Shown here piece by piece: positions 1-12,631 of a stretch of DNA of 64,000 nucleotides. The DNA is from Felis catus (taxonomy: Eukaryota): the NCBI RefSeq assembly GCF_018350175.1, contig NC_058368.1, positions 174,532,001 through 174,596,000 of the forward strand. The letters are read 5' to 3'. Below the pieces are notes generated by a model that saw only the letters and a program-made list of their open reading frames with translations, was not told where the DNA came from and made no database searches. The position numbers and the translations under genes were made by a program. Within the stretch, counting starts at the first letter, position 1. Every line of letters starts with the position of its first letter.

Positions 1-428
1 AGATATTTTCTTATTGATTCCTGCCAACGTCTCAAAATAATATTTATTCTTGACATTCTGTCTGCACCCAGTGTCCACAACGTGCAACTTTTTGCAGGCT
101 GGAGAAAGGGGTGATGTTCTCAAGCGGTGCCCCTGGGATAAGGTTTGAGGAAGGAGATTCCTGAGAAACACTGGGCGCGGACTTCGAGAGGGAGGAAGCA
201 AGAGGGGGAAGGACAGAGAGACAGCCAGGCACAGAGGCACAGGGACAGGCACAGCGACGGGGAAGATGTAAGTTGGGCCGAGATTCACTAAAGAGACGGG
301 AGACGACAGGGAGAACCCCCAGAGGGACTGGCCTGGAGCCCAGGGAATGGCCTCGTTGGAGCCCGGACTCTATTCCCTGTGGGTTTTGTGGTTTGTGCAA
401 GTTACTCCCCGCTCAGAACATCAGTTTC

Positions 429-865
429 TGCCTTAGTTTGCTAGGCCTGCCACAACAAAGTACCTCAAGCTGGGTGGCCTCAATGAGGAAGCTTGATTGT
501 CTCACAGTCCTGGAGGCCACGCGTCCTAGATCAAGGTGTTAGCAAGGTTGGATCCCCCTGAAGGTGTGAGGGAAGGAGGTGCCCCAGGCCTCTCTCCTTG
601 GTTTGTAGAAGGCTGTTTTCTCCCTGACTTTTCATATCGTCTTCCCTCCCTCTCTGCATGTCTGTGGCCAAATTTCCCCCTTGTGAGAAGGACGCCATTC
701 ACACTGGAATAGAGCCCACCCTACTGACCTCATTTTAACTCGATTACTTCTGTAAAGCCCCAGACGAGGTCGCATTCTGAGGTACTGGGGGTGAGGACTC
801 CAACGTATCTTTTTAGGGGTCCCTAATGATTTCCTCATCTTACTTTGGGGTGACGGTTCACATCC
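429..865 (-). mobile_element. MaLR solo LTR (MLT1B-like)
   Basis: Begins tgccttagtttgctaggcctgccacaacaaagtacc and contains ctcacagtcctggaggc, tcaaggtgttagcaagg and gtcgcattctgaggtactggggg, all characteristic of reverse-oriented MLT1A/B LTRs. The 3' boundary is approximate. Confidence 0.8.
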
Positions 866-1567
866 CCGCCCCCCCCCCCCCAGAGATATTGGGAGGATTG
901 CAAAATCGAACATGCGTTCCTTGTTTGGTGAAACCCTTCGGGAAGGGTAGCTCCTATCGCTACGCTATTCCTAAGGACTGGAGGCGACAGGGGGACAGCA
1001 AAGATGGGGATAGGAGAGTGAGAGGAGGGAGGAAAAGCACGTTTGGGGCTTAGCCAAGAGAAGTAACCAGCTGAGGCGCCAGGCTTCCTGGGGGGGGGAA
1101 GGAGCATAATTCTTCATTGAAAAGGACCGAGCGCCCTCTCCATCTGGGGTGTTCTCTCAGTGCGGGCGAGGGTGCCAAGGGCCTCCCCAGGCCTGCAGGA
1201 GCCAAACAGGCTTCGCTTGGTTGTGGCCGCAAGGGGTGGGTGCTGCGTGACTGGCGTGGTGGTGGGAACCTGGGCATCCCACCAGGTGCGATGCTAAGTG
1301 AGGAGGAGGAAGCCTGTCTCTTGGGGCAAAATAGGGCCTGTGACCAGACTCTCAAGAAATACGAAGTTTGACCAAAAAGAACTCACTGTGCTAGCAACCA
1401 GCCACGCAGGACTGACGACATAGCACGTGGACACGAGGAGCACTGTGGACAGTGCTGGGAGCACACGAGGTCCGGGCTGGCCTGCTCACGGCCGCATCCT
1501 TGACGCCTAGAACACGGAGAGGGCGCTCACTCAATATCTGCCGAATGAACACACCATGAGTGCTCAG

Positions 1568-2005
1568 CGAGAGCCTGAATAGACAAAGACCAGGAGCCAG
1601 ATCACATACGACGACAGGGCTGTGACCCACAACCTCCGCGGGAGCCGGTTCGAGAAGCCAGCCCGAACCACCTGTGCACATCTTCCCAGAACGGTCAGGA
1701 CTGGATCAATGACCGCCAGTTTCCCTATTTTCAGACCCCGTTTCCCACCCAGGACCGGCCAGAGAACGCCGAATATGCTCCCCAAACCAATCGCACGAGG
1801 GACCCGGCTTCTAGGGAGCTCCCTTCCAGCTTCCACTGATGTCCTGTGAGCAGAGAATGCCTGCAGCCTTCCGTTTTTCCCACGATGAAGCTTTTCCACT
1901 TCCCTGTCTGCCTTTGGGTCTCTGCCAAACGCAAGTGGTGGTGGCTGAGGCCTGAATACATAGCCTCTGTTTGTTCCCATTGGGACGATCTGTGTTAATT
2001 TCACG
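1568..2005 (+). mobile_element. ERV1-class solo LTR (MER90-like)
   Basis: ~440 bp with LTR-type blocks tgacccacaacct, ccaaaccaatcgcac and ctgcctttgggtctctgccaaacgcaagtggtggtggctga, plus a degenerate poly(A) signal (tgaatacatagcc) near the end. Subfamily named from memory. Confidence 0.6.
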
Positions 2006-2788
2006 GGAATGGCATTTATCCATCGCTCCTCCTCTCCCTCTGCTGGCTGCGCGTGTCTAAACAGTTGTGATCGCCCCCCACCCCCCCACAGTGAATTCGC
2101 ACAGCAGTCCTCAGAGCAGGTGACATCACTGCCATTTTTCTTCTGACACTGAGGCTCAGAGAGGTGAAGGAACCTGCCGCACGCTAAAACCCAGGGACAC
2201 TGGACTCCAATGCCCTGTGCGCTTTCCCCGGCTTGATCTAAGACCCTCATGCCATATTGCTTTCCGCACGGAGTTCCCAGTAGTTTTCTTTCAGCTCTTC
2301 CCAGCCCCCTCTCATCTCCACAGTGACAACATAGATGAGCTTAAAATAACCATAGCATTTGTCCTTGGGGAGGTCTGACTAACGTCCCCAGATTGGGTGG
2401 ATGCATCTGAGCCCTTGGCCACCTCTGTTAACCCTTCACTCCCAGCAAAGGTAGAACGCATTTAGGAGTTAACTAGGTTCTGTCTGGTGACTGAGGGAGC
2501 TCAAGGCTGAGATCACCGGGGCTGTGGAATACGGTCTGCACTCCCCATCCCAACAGGCCAAAGACATGGGGTTGCCCCACACTCTGCCCTAGAAGATCCC
2601 CAGGAAGGGCCAGGTGAGTTCAGTCAAAGCTGAGGGTGGACCCCTGCCTGGGAGTGAGGGCTGAGTTGTAATGTGTGGCAGAAATAATGGCATTTGCCCC
2701 GTCAAGGGAATTACAGGACAGAGCTTGCTAACAGTGGGTGTCTCCAAAGAACCCGTAAGGACTATCCGTAAAAAACAATACAAGGGGT

Positions 2789-2952
2789 GGGGCGCCTGGG
2801 TGGCTCAGTGGGTCAAGCCTCCGACTCTTGATTCTGGCTCAGGTCACGATCTCATGGTTTGTGGGATCGAGCCCTGCATTGGGCTCTGTGCTGACCGCGC
2901 AGAGCCTGGTTTGGATTCTCTCTCTCCCTCTCTTTCTGCCCCTTTCTTCCTT

Positions 2953-2988
<36 letters not shown>

Positions 2989-3008
2989 AAAAATAATAAT
3001 AAAAAAAT
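2789..3008 (+). mobile_element. Can-SINE (SINEC, older copy)
   Basis: ggggcgcctgggtggctcag head, (CT)n tract and A-rich tail. TSD aatacaagggg at 2777-2787 and 3009-3019. Confidence 0.95.
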
Positions 3009-3387
3009 AATACAAGGGGATTTAAGGCTAGATTGGGACAAGACAAGTAAAATCTTTGCTGTTCCCACTGTCCTCCTTCTGCCCCCAAGCCCCAGCCCCA
3101 GAAGGCTCAGCTGGGTGAGATAAGAGGGAACAGCAGTAGAGGAACTAATGGTTACTAGACCAACCATGTGCCGGGGACCACATTGAGCTCTGCACACGCA
3201 TCGTTTCTTGTTTCCCTTATTTCACAGAAGAGGAAGCGAGGCATGAAGGCGTAAAGTCATTTCTCCTGGGATTAAAACTACTCATAGAGAACTATTATAC
3301 CAGACACTTCACATCCCAAGTTTGTGGTTTCTAGCCAGTGGTCAATGCAACTGCCCAAGCAAGAGGTCCCTGACCTCCCATAAGCCA

Positions 3388-3516
3388 CAGTGGTCCTTAG
3401 CGTTTGGGAGATCATGAGCTTTTTGGACCATCTGATTCCAGCTACAAGCTCTCCCCCATAAAAATGCTCTCCCTCTCTCTCTCTCTCTCTCTCGCACACA
3501 CACACACACACACATA

Positions 3517-3558
<42 letters not shown>

Positions 3559-3570
3559 GTTGCATTTAAA
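3388..3570. mobile_element. hAT-Charlie DNA transposon relic (MER103C-like)
   Basis: cagtggtccttagcgtttgggagatcatgagc...atctgattccagctacaagctctcccccataaaaatgc...ttgcat resembles this MITE. It is interrupted by a microsatellite. Confidence 0.5.
3467..3556. repeat. Compound (CT)n(CA)n microsatellite
   Basis: Directly visible. Confidence 0.97.
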
Positions 3571-4741
3571 CAAGACCTCCTGAGCTGGAGTGCCGAGAAC
3601 AGATGGGCTCCAAAGTTATCCTCCCCTCCCTGAGCAGGATTTGGATTCACATTAACAGGTTCTGAAGCCGAGCCAATCCCATTCCTTCCCATCGTCTTAA
3701 GGGGGTTTCGTCCCATTTTACAGATGAAGAAATGGAGGCTGGGAGGGGTGAAAGTCCTCACCCACGGTCACACCTTGACTCAGTGGGGGAGCCTCGATAC
3801 TAAGCCACCTGTGTGATTGCAGAGACCGCCTCCAGGTGCCTGGGAAGTGAGAACCAGTGACCTAGGGGCCAGGGAGAGCGTTACGGGGTGGCGGGGTGGG
3901 GCGGAGTGATTTGGATGCTTCGTCATTTTTGCGGTTGGCTGCACCCATGCCTCGTGCCTCTGATAGCTCCTGGAACACTATTCTTCTTCACGAAAGCTTG
4001 CTGTAGCAAGAACGTGCTTGGCAAATTACTGCCAAAGGAGTTTGTTCCATTACGTTGTCAAAACCACTGAGGGTCTGGAAAAGTCCTAGCCCCGGCTGGA
4101 GATGTTAGTGCTATGTCTCCCAGGGCAAAGAGAGCATCAGAATGTCAAATAAATGCACTAAAGGTGGGAGTCAGGTGGGGGGTGGGGTGGGGAGGTTGCA
4201 ACCACACCTCCCCACTCGGAGTGGGGGCAGCTAGGCTCCCCTCTCTCTCTTCCCACCCTCCTCATCCTGCCCCGCCTCTTTTTCCTTCTTTGCCAAATTG
4301 TGACCACATGAGTCTTTATGGAATGTCTACTATGTCTCGAACCCTGGCCTCACTCACAATAATGATCCCAGCTATCAGTGACCATGACTGCAGGCCAGGT
4401 GCTCTCCACACATTATTTCCTTCAATCCTCGAGAACCCCAAGTTCAAGTAGTTTCCTCTCTCGCTCATGCCCTGTATTTCTTTTTAATTTCCTACATCAT
4501 TCTTCCCTTTCACCACAGTGTTTTAAGTAGACAGTGATGGACTTAGGATTGGGCTTTGTGACTGGGGCAGGATGCTCTGGGGTCTGGGGATCAGCTTTGA
4601 AAGAGAGGCACAGGCTTGTCTAGTGAGACTCTGAGCTGACTACTGCACCCCTATGGGCAAGTCCGGGGCTAGCTGAGTCTCATTTCATTTCTCAGTAATG
4701 AGGGGACTCATGGTTGCCTCCACACAGGGTTGTGTGGGCAT

Positions 4742-4783
4742 CAAAGGAGCTGATAATGTGTGCAAAGGAGCTGATAACGTGTG
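4742..4783. repeat. 21-bp tandem duplication
   Basis: caaaggagctgataa(t/c)gtgtg twice, with one mismatch. Confidence 0.95.
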
Positions 4784-5724
4784 CAATAGTGGTCTGCGTT
4801 CAGTCCTTGCCTCCCTCTCCTCTTCTTTCTCTCAACCCTCGGCCAATAGACTTACTTCCTGCCTTCCAGGGTTTTCTGGAAACCCTGCAGAGCCACAGTG
4901 CTCAATTGTGGCTCCAGGCCCAACCCAGGTTCAGCGAGTGATGCGGCCCACAGTGACACAGAAGCAATGTGGTAACACTGCCTTGGGCCCAGCCGTCCAG
5001 CTTGGCTCCTGACTGGCGCTGGCCAGGGTCATTGCAGACTCAACATATACCTGTTGGAGGTGTCCGAAGCAGAAAGCCACACCATGGGATTCCGGAAGGT
5101 TCTGCACGGCAAGCAAACACCTCTGGCCTTCCTTGAAGTGTTTTCATACTCACGTACCATGAGTCGCTCATGGCCAATTTCCTTACACACCTGCCAGGAG
5201 TCTTTCCTTACACTCGTGTATGTTTTCTCTGGTTCCCAAATGTGCCAGGGTCCCGCCCTTCTTCCTGCGTTGCCGTCCATATTCTCCTCCGTCCCCTTGC
5301 TTCTGCTCCCTCTCTGAGTCTTCCCATCCCCCATGTCTCTGGGATGCTTCCACCCCCTGCTCCCCTGCAACGGAGAGGATGAAGGAATTCCTGCTCCCCT
5401 CCCGCGCTCTCTCCCATCACCCTGCCCTTTTCTCGCCTAGTCTCGGATCCCAATGACAATGAAAAACGTATGCTGCGATCCCTTGTATAAAGTCTCCTTC
5501 ATCCTCTGCCTCTCATAGTGCCGGGCTCTGACCACATTAAAAGTTTGTGTCAGAACGTCAATCCCAACACCTCCTTCACTGAGAAGGTCTTGCTGGGGAG
5601 AGCCTATTTGCTGGCCTCCGCAGTGCACATAAGGAAGCCCCAGGCCACAGCGGGTGGCATGGATGGGGGGGGCTTCACGAACCCACTCCGAGTAGCGTAG
5701 CCCCAGACCACAAACTGGTGTAGC

Positions 5725-5970
5725 TGCCGGTAAGGGTTCAGTTACTGGAGCTGTACTCCCTGGGTTCAAGTTCCGGCTTTGCTATTCACCACGTAATTTT
5801 GTCAAGACTGCTTAATCTCCCTGTGCCTCTGTGTCCTCTCTGTCAAATGGGCCTGGTAATATTTACCTTCCTCATAGCTTTGTTGGGAGTATTAAATGCG
5901 CCCTCAAGCATGACGTGCTTAGAACAGTGCCCGGCAGATAGCTGGTGCTCTGCGCTTTCGATGTTATTGC
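5725..5970 (+). mobile_element. MIR SINE
   Basis: cctgggttcaagttccggctttgc...cttaatctccctgtgcctctgtgtcctctctgtcaaatggg...gcttagaacagtgcccggcagatag follows the MIR core and tail. Confidence 0.85.
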
Positions 5971-6399
5971 AGAAGCTCTGGAAGACCAGGAACGACATCC
6001 GCTAACGTGCCCGGCAAGTTGTAGATGCTCAGTTAGCGTCTGTCCGATCAGCGGATAAGTAAGTAAGCGCCTCGTTGGCTCAGATCTACCAAAGCGCGGA
6101 CTATCCCCAATGTCAAGTTCTTGCACTGGTGTCAATCTGGGTGTCGCTGCCAACCCAGGTCATAAAACCCAAAGCCTTATTTCCCTTGGATGGCTCCATT
6201 TTCCTCGCGAGGGAGGACTGGGAATAATAGCAGCACCTACCCCATCGGGTTGTTGTGATTACCCAATCAACACAACGTGACCCCCGGGTAGGTAATTCTA
6301 CTTTATTTCTATATTATCAAGGAGAAGACTGAGTCGAACGAGCTTAAACCAAACTGCCCGGTGGCTACAGCCTTGGGGACCCTTCCCAACCGGGCTCCT

Positions 6400-6830
6400 C
6401 CCTGCTCCTCCAGCCTTCCCGAGAATGCTGATGTCTGCTGTCCTCCTCACCATCGCTGAGGCCGGCGCGCTCTTTCAGGTCTCCGGGGGTTTTGCCCATT
6501 CTGTTCCCTGCCCCTGGGATACCCTCTCCCTTTTCTTTGTCTGGAGAACTCAGCTACGTTATCGAAACCTCACCCAGACACCACCCTGAAGTGCTTCTCT
6601 GTCTTCCTCTCCCCGTTGGCACTTATTCCTTCCTCCTCTGTAGCCCTTGGACGGTTCTTCCCGTGCCGTGATTATTATTCATGTTCCAGCCTTGTGCTTC
6701 CTGGCCTGGAAGTTCCTCTGGGAGAGGGATCGCGTCCTATTCCGTCTGTGCCCCCAACACCAAGCGCAAAGACAGGCGCATATAAAGCGCTTGCGAAAGG
6801 GTCGATGAACATACGGGTTAATCGATCCTC
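6400..6830 (+). mobile_element. L2 LINE 3' fragment
   Basis: ttgcccattctgttccctgcccctgggataccctctccc...cccaacaccaagcgcaaagacaggcgcatataaagcgc resembles the L2 3' end. Confidence 0.6.
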
Positions 6831-6866
6831 CCACATTCAAGCACGAGACACAGAAAATTCATATGA

Positions 6867-7536
6867 TGATGAGACCGTCACTCAATACCTGAAATAAAAA
6901 GACAAAACTGAATTTACGGCTTACTGTAGTGAGGGACGGCCATGCTGGAGGGGCAGTCTCTTTGCACACAGCAGATGGCCCTGATGACTCTGTCCGGGGC
7001 CTTGGGGAAGCATTGAGTGCAGGGGTTGGTGGATTTTCAGAAGCCTAAGCAGGGTGATATTGTCTACAGCGAAGTAGTTACCTGAGTTTGACTGTTGTTG
7101 GTTGGTTGTTCTCACAGACATTTTCCGGCGTGGGTTTGTCCCTGTTTGGCCGAAGCAAGGGGATGACATTGACTGGTTACAAAAGCAGGTTCACTGAGGA
7201 CGCTGTCATCGATCTGTTGAACGAATTTGAAATCTGTTCCTTTGGCTACTTGTTACCATGGCTACAGAAAAATCTCTATTCCCCTAAATTTCTGGAAACT
7301 TTTTTTTTTTTTTAAGTTTATTTATTTTTGAGACAGAGAGACAGAGCATGAACGGGGGAGGGGCAGGGAGAGAGGGAGACACAGAATCAGAAGCAGGCTC
7401 CAGGCTCTGAGCCATCAGCCCAGAGCCTGACGCGGGGCTCGAACTCACGGACCGCGAGATCGTGACCTGAGCTGAAGTCGGATGCCTAACCGACTGAGCC
7501 ACCCAGGCGCCCCGGAAACTTTTTTTTTTCCCCTCA
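6867..7536 (-). mobile_element. ERV1-class solo LTR (MER110/MER89-like), interrupted by a SINE
   Basis: The minus strand reads TGAGGGGAAAAAA...GTAGCCATGGTAACAAGTAGCC...TCTCATCA, with TG...CA ends and LTR-like length. Subfamily tentative. Confidence 0.5.
7301..7513 (-). mobile_element. Can-SINE (SINEC_Fc)
   Basis: Full length, CpG-rich. TSD ggaaacttttttttt starting at 7294 and 7514. Confidence 0.97.
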
Positions 7537-8399
7537 GAGAATGCGTTTATGGCCCAATGGATGATATTCATAGTTGTCTTTAATGCAAATAACTTTGATG
7601 GGCTCTAGATTTCTCAAATTCAGGTAACAAACAGAAACAAACTCTGTCGTAATCATCAAATCAAACTTCCACATCAGCATTTATATATTCAGTGTTTCCA
7701 AGAAGTTCAGTTCCAATGTTTCCCCAAGTTAGTAACTTCTTAGAATCAACCTCCAAGTGTTATTTGTAGCTTTGACAATTTGTTTCATGCTGTTGGCAGG
7801 TCACGAATAGAAACAGGGTGCTTGGAGTCTTTACTTTCAGGGGAATACTCAGACTCAGATGCTTTTTTTAAAATAAATAAACATCATTTAAGAAAGCCTT
7901 GGGGGAATTTCATATAAAATGCGACTTGGACCAGAAATGAGTAATTATTTTATTCTGAGTCAGTCTGCTTTTGCCCCACTGGCTGGGAACATTCCCCAAA
8001 TTCCCCGGGCCGGGCTTGTGTGGGGAGAAAGGATGACAGAAGGGCCCTGTGATGGGTGGCAGCCCGCATGACCACAGAGCACGTGGGGCTTTTCCTGAGG
8101 CCACCTTCCGTTGCAGGGAGTATGGCCGGAGTCACCAAACTCACCAAAGATGAGTCCGCAAACAAGGCGCAGTTAAGTGAAGGTCCTCATACTCCAGTCG
8201 GAATGAGACCCTGACTCCAGAATGAAGCTTGTTTTATTAGGATAATTGCTAACGACTACATGCATAAAGTCAGCTAAGCAAGTACGTTAATCAACCTGAT
8301 GGTTTAGCTTTTCAAGGTTGAATTTCGAGTTAATTGGTGCCTGTACCACTAGGAAGGGTCAGGCGTGGAGGAGGATCGGGGGGGGCCCCTTTTCAGTCT

Positions 8400-9781
8400 T
8401 CTTTTCGGCTCCCTCCCAAACCTTCTCCAACCCTCTAAGCTAGAGTGCCACGCGGCCCCGTTTTGGGCCCTTTTCTTTACATACTTTCTCACTTTCAGTG
8501 ATCTCAATCAATCACATGACGATGACCCCCGATTTCGTGTCTTTGGTCGCCACATATCCTGGAGCCTGAGACTCAGATATCCAGTTGTATCTCCAGAAGC
8601 TCCACTTGGAGGTCTAATAGGTATCTCCAGGGTAGCACCGCTGAGCTGGAGACCTCCTGATTCCTTCTCCAGCTCTCCTCATTCCTCCCACACCCGACGC
8701 CTCTGCCTCTTTCCCATCAGCGGGTGGCTTGGCTGAGAACTGGAAGTCGCTGCTGATGCCCCACATCCCCTGAACTCCCACATCCAACCCATCAACAAGC
8801 CCTGATGACTCCCCTTCCAGACACATCCCGCCCTACCCACATCTCTCCTTCTATTTCACGATCAGCCAGGCCACCTCTGTCTTCTGCCTGGACTATTGCA
8901 GTAGCTTCTCCATTAGGTTCCCGGCTTTTACTCTTCCTCCTTACAGTTTGCCTCCACCATGGGATCTTAGAGCCGTGCGAACCTTCCAGGGGCCGTCACT
9001 TGCATCTGAATCAGACCCAAACCTTATGCGGGCCCACAAGGCCTGCTATAATCTAGTCCCTACCTCTGTCCCCAATGTCTTCTCACGTCACCGTCCCCAT
9101 GCTCATGACAGTCCAGACACATGGACCTTTTGGTGTGTTTGTTTCTCACGCATATCATGCTTTTTTCCTTCTAAGATTTGGCCGTGGCTACACCCTCTGC
9201 CTCAAGCACCCTTTCCCCAGATCTTTGCACAATGTGCTTCTTCTTTTCATTCAGGTCTTAGTTCAAATATCACCACTTCTAGGGAGGTCTTTCTTTTTTT
9301 TTTTTTTAATTTTTTTTTTTCAACGTTTATTTATTTTGGGGACAGAGAGAGACAGAGCATGAAGGGGGGAGGGGCAGAGAGAGAGGGAGACACAGAATCG
9401 GAAGCAGGCTCCAGGCTCCGAGCCATCAGCCCAGAGCCCGACGCGGGGCTCGAACTCACGGACCGCGAGATCGTGACCTGGCTGAAGCCGGACGCTTAAC
9501 CGACTGCACCACCCAGGCGCCCCTAGGGAGGTCTTTCTTAACTGCTTCATCTAGAGTAGCTGGCTCTCTGTCACCTAGGTCTCTGTCGTATTGCCTTGTT
9601 TTATTTTCATCATAGCAATGGTCACTGCTTAACATTCTTTTCTTTCTTTCTTGGTTCGTTGATTGTCTCTGCCTACCAGAAAGTCAGCTCCAGAGAGCAG
9701 GAACTCATCTGTCTTGTTTACTGCTACGGCGCGTACGAGCTGGGCCCATGGAAGACAAATGATAAGCATTAGTTGAATAAA
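8400..9781 (+). mobile_element. L2a-like LINE, 3' ~1.1 kb, split by a SINE
   Basis: ctccacttggaggtctaataggtatctcc, cacatccaacccatcaacaagccctg, cctggactattgcagtagcttc, ttcaggtcttagttcaaatatcacc and terminal gttgaataaa appear in L2 order. Confidence 0.85.
9296..9523 (-). mobile_element. Can-SINE (young SINEC_Fc)
   Basis: Full length. Perfect 16-bp TSD tagggaggtctttctt at 9280-9295 and 9524-9539. Confidence 0.98.
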
Positions 9782-9832
9782 CCGTGGAGTTACGGAATAA
9801 TGGACTTTTTGTTTTCGTTTTTCGAACTTTCT

Positions 9833-10066
9833 TTTTTTTTTTTTTTTAATTTTTTTTTTCAACTTTTATTTATTTTTGGGACAGAGAGAGAGAGAGAGAG
9901 CATGAACGGGGGAGGGGCAGAGAGAGAGGGAGACACAGAATCGGAAGCAGGCTCCAGGCTCTGAGCCATCAGCCCAGAGCCTGACGCGGGGCTCGAACTC
10001 ACCGACCGCGAGATCGTGACCTGGCTGAAGTCGGCCGCTTAACCGACTGCGCCACCCAGGCGCCCC
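9833..10066 (-). mobile_element. Can-SINE (young SINEC_Fc)
   Basis: Full length. TSD cgaactttct at 9823-9832 and 10067-10076. Confidence 0.98.
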
Positions 10067-10116
10067 CGAACTTTCTAATATGAACTGTCATTATGTTATA
10101 AAAGTAAAGGAAGTTT

Positions 10117-10123
<7 letters not shown>

Positions 10124-10162
<39 letters not shown>
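10124..10162. repeat. (GA)n microsatellite
   Basis: Directly visible. Confidence 0.95.
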
Positions 10163-12121
10163 GCTCACTGACCAAGTTATTTGAAGTCTAGAACAAGCTT
10201 GCAATGTGAGATGCCATCTTGGGTTAGGGAAGTACAAATATAGCAGCCCTTGGCCAGGTGTGGGTTAAGCTGAAACCGTTCTGCCCCAAACTAAGAAGCC
10301 CTGCTTCGTCTTTACATCTGTCCTTTATCTCGTTTAATCCCGACAACATTCTTGGAGAGAACAACAGTTTCATGCTTATTATGCATGCCCGCCCCTGGCC
10401 CCCCGGCCCCACTACCATTTAATTCATAAGGAGACCAAGGCCCAGAGAGGTAAGGTCATTTATCCAAAGTTGTGTTATCCGTAAATGGTGGAACCAGGTG
10501 TTAAACTTAGATCTTTCCAGATGGCTTTAACTGCTCAATGTGATATTCCAGGTCTTGATGGAGGCTGTGAAACAACGAAGCCAACCTCAGTTTCCACCTA
10601 CCACTTTTAAGCCGTGCAGCATCGCTATGAGTTGGTGGCATTAATTCTCATCCCTCAATCTTGATCAATTTCAACGAAGAAAATTGTTGTCCTGGGTGGT
10701 AAACACAGTTTCCCAAGGTCACCCAGCTGGTGAGTGACAGAGCCAGGACGGGGTATGGTCCTGGTGTTTTCTCTGCTGCTTCAAAGCCTCTGGATGGACG
10801 TACCTATAGTTTTGGGGGGCTGACCTCTGGCTCCCAAAATGATGAGGCTAACCGAGCAGGTTTTCCCATATTGCGACATTACATCTGATGCCAATGCCTC
10901 CTTGAATTCACATCCAAGGAGTATCAAGGGGGAAGGAGAAGAAGGTCCCATTTATTGAGTACCTACTATGTGCCAGAGCCTTCTGCACAGCATTCTGAGA
11001 AAGTTTAGCGACAGGGTTGAGAATTCTCTATAATTAGACACTTAGGCAATTAGACTGGATCTAATTATTAGATTAGACCTAATATTAGATTAGATCCTTC
11101 GGCTGGCTTTGCATAACAGCCAGTGTGGGATGGAAACGAGTTTGGACTAGATTCCTGTGGAAAGAGATGAGAAAGTTGGGGGTGGGGAGACATGCTGAGC
11201 CCCGCAGGGAAGATGCCCTCCAGACAACTCTACTGTCAGCGTGAGCAGGAAGGACTTGGGGAGGACCAGAAACACTGAGCAGGGCAGCTCGCGGTCACCT
11301 GCCGTGTAGTGTGTGATGTAAGGCCCAGGCTCACCTTCCTCTGAGCCTCAGTTAAACGCATACTGCTCATCACTCCAGGACCATTGGTACATGCACTTCA
11401 GGGCCCAGGGGTACGTCGCAGTTAGTTCAGGATGAAAATAGCCCCTTCCTGGGGATGAGTTGACATAGGGTTCCACGTATTGTCTTTAGTCCTCTTAACA
11501 CATTTGCATGGGAGACATGATAACTCTCATAATAGACAGGAGGCAAGGGGGCTCTGAGAGGATTTAGAACTTCCCGCAGCTCCCATGCTGGTGAGCGGTG
11601 GTGGGATTGATATCCCATAACTGAAGCCCATCTGGAGGCATTTTACCGTTCAGACTGTGATGGGGTAGCTTGAATTTTGCCAAGTTTCATCAGCTATGGG
11701 TATAAAAGATGCCAAAGAAACCCTAATGATCAGACTCCATTGGTGAACTGCCCCCAACTGCTGACAGTTTCTTGCAGAGAAATTATCCCTCATCCCAAGA
11801 GATTTCTTGGGGTTCCCAGGGCGTCTCTCAGAGACTCGCATACAAGTACCCTTCTGCTGACCCTCCATACCTGCTCCGTGCCAGGCCGCATGCTACGGGG
11901 CACCCACTGCCACCAGGCATCGCATTTCCCAGTGTGGTCACCAGTGATCCATGGAGGCATAGTAGGTGTTTTAGAGCCATGGTCAAAAGAAGAAACCTCT
12001 TCTCTGGGCTCAGTCTCACTTGGGGATTCTTCCAATTGAAGTGACACGAACGTTTCAGAACTCCGTTCCCTGGACCATTCCTATTCTGCTAATCTTGGTT
12101 TCAGCTCTCTGCTAAAGATGG

Positions 12122-12631
12122 TGTGATAGTTAATTTTATGTGTGACCTTGACTGGTCTACGGCACACCCAGATAGCTGGTAAAACAATATTCTGGGGTGT
12201 GTCTGTCAAGGTGTTTCTGGCAGAAATTAGCCTTTGATCTGGGAGATTTAGTGAAGAGATGCACACTTACAGGAGCGGGCGTTCTTCGTCTAATCTGTTG
12301 GGGGCTTGGATGGAACAAAAAAGGTGGAGGAAGGACGATTCCTCCCTTTCTTCTTGAGCTGGGACATCTACCTTCTCCTTCCCTTGGATATCAGAGCTCC
12401 TGGTCCTTGGGCCTTTGGACTCTGGGAGTTCCGTCACTGGTTCCTGTGGTTTTCAGGCCTTCGGACTCAGACTGAATTATCCCACCAGCTTTCTTGGATC
12501 TCCAGCTTATAGATAGCAAGTTGTGGGGCTTCTTGGCCTCCGTAACCACATGAACCAATTTCTTTAATAAATACCTGTTATATATCTATATATATATCCT
12601 ATTGGTGCTTTCTTTGGAGAACTATAATATA
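12122..12631 (+). mobile_element. ERVL solo LTR (MLT2B-like)
   Basis: Starts tgtgatagttaattttatgtgtgaccttgactgg and ends aataaa...cctattggtgctttctttggagaactataatata. The 5-bp flanks gatgg/aatgg approximate a TSD. Confidence 0.9.

Noticed and set aside
1564..2250. 228-aa minus-strand ORF
   Set aside because: It spans an antisense LTR and a MIR-like piece and resembles no protein I recognise.
8100..8200. Possible exon after ccttccgttgcag
   Set aside because: No convincing splice donor, no recognisable peptide and no partner exons.
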